A stretch of 64,000 nt of DNA from Amoebophrya sp. A120 (lineage: Eukaryota; Protista; Dinoflagellata): contig CAJINV010000014.1 in NCBI GenBank assembly GCA_905178155.1, positions 1,505,984 to 1,569,983 of the forward strand, given 5' to 3'. Numbering within the stretch: the first letter of the stretch is position 1; each line of letters starts with the position of its first letter. Position numbers and translations under genes: made by a program. Under the pieces are notes generated by a model, which was not told the origin of the DNA, did no database searches, and saw only the letters and a list, made by a program, of their open reading frames with translations. Positions 61,801 through 64,000 of the stretch are shown here, piece after piece.

Positions 61801-63375
61801 CACGATCAAAATTTTACAGTATTCAGCTTCGGTTTCGTCCTTGATCCTAAATCGCGTAAAGCTAGGAATTCTTTTTTCGTCCCTCCCTCCACTCCCTCGG
61901 AGATTCCTTTCCTACCTCGAATTTCAAATATTTCATAAGCGAAGCTTTCCTATTTATATTCCTCACGTAATCCCAGTTCGACGGTCACCCATTTCTGCGA
62001 GAGGGGGTTTTTGCCACAAACTCAGCGGTCTTCGTCTGTTCGCGTTTGTTTCGATCACAGAAACAAGAGATCACATACAGGCAGAGATCCTCTCGTTCTC
62101 GCTGGGTGTCCGTCGACACGGATACGTGCAGGGCAGGAGCAAAATAAGATCCTACGAAGTTGACGAGCGAAAAATTTCAACATGACAAAATTTTCCATTT
62201 CTCATGCTAAAAGAAATGAACTCGTCATGCGATTTCTGCATACACCAAGACCAACTGCGATCCATCTTTTGCAATGCATACGAACCACCACCAACTCATC
62301 CTCCTCGGTGATGTCTTCCTCAACAAAGTCAAAGATGAGGTCGGGGACTATCGGCTCTGCCTACTCCTCCGGTAGTGAGCTCTTCGAGCTTGGTATGCAA
62401 TACAAATTTCCTGTACATGTACTGCAAGTTGGAGCATGCCACTTGTCATGCTGAATAGGATTGGAAGAAAAGTTTGCCATGCAGAAACCGCATTTGTACG
62501 TGTGCGGGAAATTATTTACTGTGGATACTTGGAAGAAATAACTCAACAAACTTAAACTCATCTTCTCCCGCCAAGCCGCCCAACAAGCAACAAAACGATC
62601 CTGATTTACTATTTACGTCGTCGACCCCGAAAAAGGACTCGAAAACGAGCATCAGCTCCTTTGACCACATGATGAACAACTACTCGCCGACCTTGCTGAA
62701 GACTCTGCTGAATTTCTCACCAACGGCCAGTATCGGTTCCTCCTGGAAAATATGCATTGCAAAAGTATCGCTATCGTACTAGTAGTATAAATTGCATTAA
62801 AGAAAGAAAAATGGAACTTGTAATGCTAATTCAGGTAAAAAGGTAGGTTTGTCATGCAAGATTACAATGAATTAGTAATGGCACGAGTGCGATACTTTTG
62901 CAAAGGATAGAAAATGTTGACAAGTGGAACAAAAAGCCCTAGCAAAGTTCCAACTGCGAAGGTGATGCCGCTATCTTCCACTTCTTGCGACAAGAGCAGT
63001 AAAAACGCTCTGGACTTCATCGACGTCACCGCAGCCGCGTTTCGGGATGAGGTCGCACCACTGGTGGAGGATAGCATCGATGAGACCACATCTCGGGATG
63101 TTCTCGCGGAAATGCAGCAGAGCAAATTCACCATCCGGGAAGATTCTTTTAGTAAGGCGGAGAAGGAGGGAAAACTGAAACTATCTGCCAGGAGCCGGAG
63201 CAAGTTGTCTCTGTCCAATACGAAGAGTAGCCGCAGCCCCTGCGGGTCGAGCAGAAGTACCAAGGAGCGTGGCACAGCGTCGTCGTCGGGCCGGAACTTA
63301 AAGAACACTCATAGTCGGCGAGGGAAAAGTTTGTGTTGCTGTTTCTACGACGAGAACGAGAACAACGTGGAGTAG
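49868..63375 (+). CDS. Hypothetical S/Q-rich low-complexity protein, split by an introner that holds the retrotransposon
   Basis: ORF 49868-~51392. Downstream exons ~62281-62393, 62533-62750 and 62915-63375 join in frame with each other. The join across 51393-62280 is off by 1 nt from the standard rule. Confidence 0.5.
51485..51683 (+). repeat. Split direct repeat A1
   Basis: 199 bp, one visible mismatch to 61683-61881. Confidence 0.93.
52154..53092 (+). CDS. Retroelement ORF1, unknown function (helical, CxxC)
   Basis: 312-aa intact ORF inside the element. Confidence 0.65.
   Translation: MPTVAVQTESTGPDLEASMAALFKHNVVMQKESTKLIKEAEELRKQNQLQCAKCGYNKLQYTRIQVEKQILCSAVAECVSTEPAKALQACLRELGQRLGKAVDYAKAGTSASEAGWERLEDIQCANNRALTGHDIRDIQSDIRDFLEDYQRSYNHLQELKRYLIMLKVQTHGMLSETLALGGIMPEHRARVIRKYTEALHDHKLVFALLFDSDEVEVDTLDEAMIQSIIELQIARKRIRNGEDVIDEYGLPTRFPTQREQTVLRPQATLAVTGGQYTPTAGSWWMRNENHDHTREIDDLAGRILTALRAARV
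53639..55385 (+). CDS. Retroelement gag-like ORF2 with N-terminal Cys-rich finger and C-terminal zinc knuckle; spliced
   Basis: CxxC clusters at the N-terminus; CRNC and CTWCNEGQHWLNQC (CCHC) at the C-terminus. Phase-0 GT-AG intron 54017-54329; probable in-frame intron 54571-54651. Confidence 0.7.
55916..57991 (+). CDS. Tyrosine recombinase of the retroelement
   Basis: GFYGVRRAAEL (R), EAKND (K), ISLRRGGA (HxLR box with His replaced), GGW.S..M..VY (Tyr). First ATG at 55916. Confidence 0.88.
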   Translation: MSYSSLMLQHVMKRALGDELAEERGIKLRKDSEDQAKFFAQRAFNLQQANANAPAGEHGDALFDDFEALGAETAIQSVPQDQLAAPPQQQASSSSASSSSAPAMSSLIQGQATSSSSQISQLEPLPNIYNNFIEDPPSSPEFMSVPDLQAQVQAINGGTSTTWLPASTGAGFVHQQPAQSSSSGSSTQPASSIATAQHKYKPFVSSKQLDLKIFPERLSVFQEFPLDEMRRRALVAAATRFAESSIRESTCNTYSGVLSSVVPRICEVLNFQLWPITSASEAELFFTAFATSKKAHANHVNKTSGKVNWSSFRSISSAISAYNSCRTNVNNFSMRNKDRSFQRIWEGFKRSAAHPVAADAKFAPSEHHLERILKSAKDDFVSICCPNDIAAAHPTWTKSAFEDKQALQVAIMFQYAVIANVGFYGVRRAAELIAFSSDDVEVKRLTADQHADRPRFIKLTVKEAKNDVYAKGDFCIIPAKVANYLLTWMKYAHAFILHHFKARYLAGACSLFFTIGTTRIKTRGCPLSKDALRKGIRNALTAFAQVTKPISLRRGGAQYYAQIDRHTAWAQGGWRSMRMLDEVYAPKEDSKLAAEIHECSRVGELEKQQTAIIKAMEDCLAIQDAEGMTKHLNDFNPNFIGSEKIKIHAPKIFKRLMLKNLHKTHFKKLYLIFFPDMEFPEGTSQLAATAS
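58404..61176 (+). CDS. Reverse transcriptase - RNase H - (DNA adenine methylase-like) polyprotein; spliced; 5' end uncertain
   Basis: KGKFRLITD, WDLQDCYPHWMIHP (across GT-AG intron 59080-59167), LPFGLNCAP, FVDD, PWLGF. RNase H: GDAA..GWGG, INVLE, TDN, NIEADLLSR. Then IEAFSS..RYFT..WWLPP..IAILVP, resembling the DIRS MT domain. Confidence 0.9.
61523..62176 (+). repeat. Split direct repeats B1-A2-(spacer)-B2
   Basis: B1 61523-61684, A2 61683-61881, B2 62011-62176 (4-nt indel versus B1). Confidence 0.93.
62394..62527. mobile_element. Introner, family C
   Basis: CTTGG TSD; frame ELGRNNS. Confidence 0.88.
62751..62909. mobile_element. Introner, family D
   Basis: GAAAA TSD; frame SWKMLTS. Confidence 0.88.
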
Positions 63376-64000
63376 AACAGTATATGTATAGCATACTGAA
63401 ACTGAAACTGAAGCTGCTCATCTAGCTCTATTGGGAGGGCGGGGTCAACAAACATGACTACTTAGCCATCTTCTGACGGTTCGAAGTTCGAGGAAATATG
63501 TAGTAGTGGTCCCATTCAATATTCAAATTTATGTTTACTTTTTTGTGAAGATCATTTTTGGTTTCATCTATGCCCAAAAAAAGTGCGATTCCATCTGCAT
63601 CCAGATCCAATGTCTTTGATGAAGCGTTGACATGATACACACAGCCCACTGATTAGTACCACCCCAAGCGCTATCGCCATACCACGCACACCTCAAGGTA
63701 GAACTGAAAAAGTATTAGCTCCACCCCAACGAACGAGCTGCATCAAGTACTTATAGATTTAGATACAATTTTCCTACTAGACGGCTATCCAGAAAATACA
63801 ACTCTACTCAGAGCTCGCGATGTCACGATTCGATAAGTATTGACTTCGCGCTAGTAGCTTCTTCTGTACGCGGTTCGCTACGTTTTCGCAATGATTTTTT
63901 TCGACGTTTGAAAGTAGGTTTCTCGTCGCTCGAAGATCTTCATCGCTACGTGTACGTCTACCTGATTGACACAACGAGGACAACATCATCGACACAAACT

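Larger units (their letters stand above)
51485..62176 (+). mobile_element. Tyrosine-recombinase (DIRS-order; PAT/Ngaro/VIPER-like) retrotransposon with split direct repeats
   Basis: A1 51485-51683 matches A2 61683-61881; B1 61523-61684 matches B2 62011-62176. YR and RT/RNase H ORFs inside. No TSD; shared TT at the junctions. Confidence 0.92.
51393..62280. mobile_element. Introner, family D (reverse orientation), interrupted by the YR retrotransposon
   Basis: Left end TATCCTCCGCAAAAG at 51393, right end CTTTTGCAATGCATA at 62280; TSD CGGAC/CGAAC. Confidence 0.75.

Noticed and set aside
51485-61881. Classical LTR retrotransposon call from the 199-bp direct repeats
   Set aside because: No DDE integrase or TSD; a tyrosine recombinase and a second B repeat pair indicate the DIRS order.
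13627-62909. Recurrent peptides such as PIPIQFVMQN, LPDPDIF and MQKYRT in several ORFs
   Set aside because: Translations of introner ends, not protein domains.
235-63995. Numerous minus-strand and alternative-frame ORFs in the track
   Set aside because: They are shadows of GC-rich + strand exons or run through introners; no domain motifs.
1-64000. CRISPR arrays, tRNA and rRNA genes
   Set aside because: No regularly spaced repeat-spacer array or recognisable structural RNA seen by eye; tRNAscan-SE/Infernal were not run.

Overview
Eukaryotic genomic DNA in which every recognisable gene lies on the + strand. The genes carry both ordinary GT-AG introns and about 27 non-canonical 'introner' introns: TA..TA-ended terminal-inverted-repeat (TIR) elements with a 5-bp target duplication (TSD), whose removal restores conserved reading frames. 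This combination points to the parasitic dinoflagellate Amoebophrya (Syndiniales) or a relative (inference). Genes in order: a DUF488 protein, two tandem paralogs of a putative secreted protein, a Gig2/PARP-like ADP-ribosyltransferase, a PPR protein, a STIMATE/TMEM110 homolog, a C2-domain CEP76/CC2D2A-like protein, a ~2,200-aa DabA(DUF2309)-DabB(NuoL/MrpA-like) fusion, a coiled-coil protein, a 2OG-Fe(II) oxygenase-like protein and a low-complexity protein. The fusion resembles a bacterial-type energy-coupled CO2/bicarbonate pump encoded as one eukaryotic gene. The last gene has an introner that holds a complete ~10.7-kb tyrosine-recombinase retrotransposon with A...B-A-B split direct repeats, YR upstream of RT/RNase H, and GT-AG introns inside its own ORFs. 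A 1.46-kb direct-repeat element and two GC-rich inserts flanked by long direct repeats are also present. Splice models were derived by hand from frame restoration; none is confirmed by RNA data.
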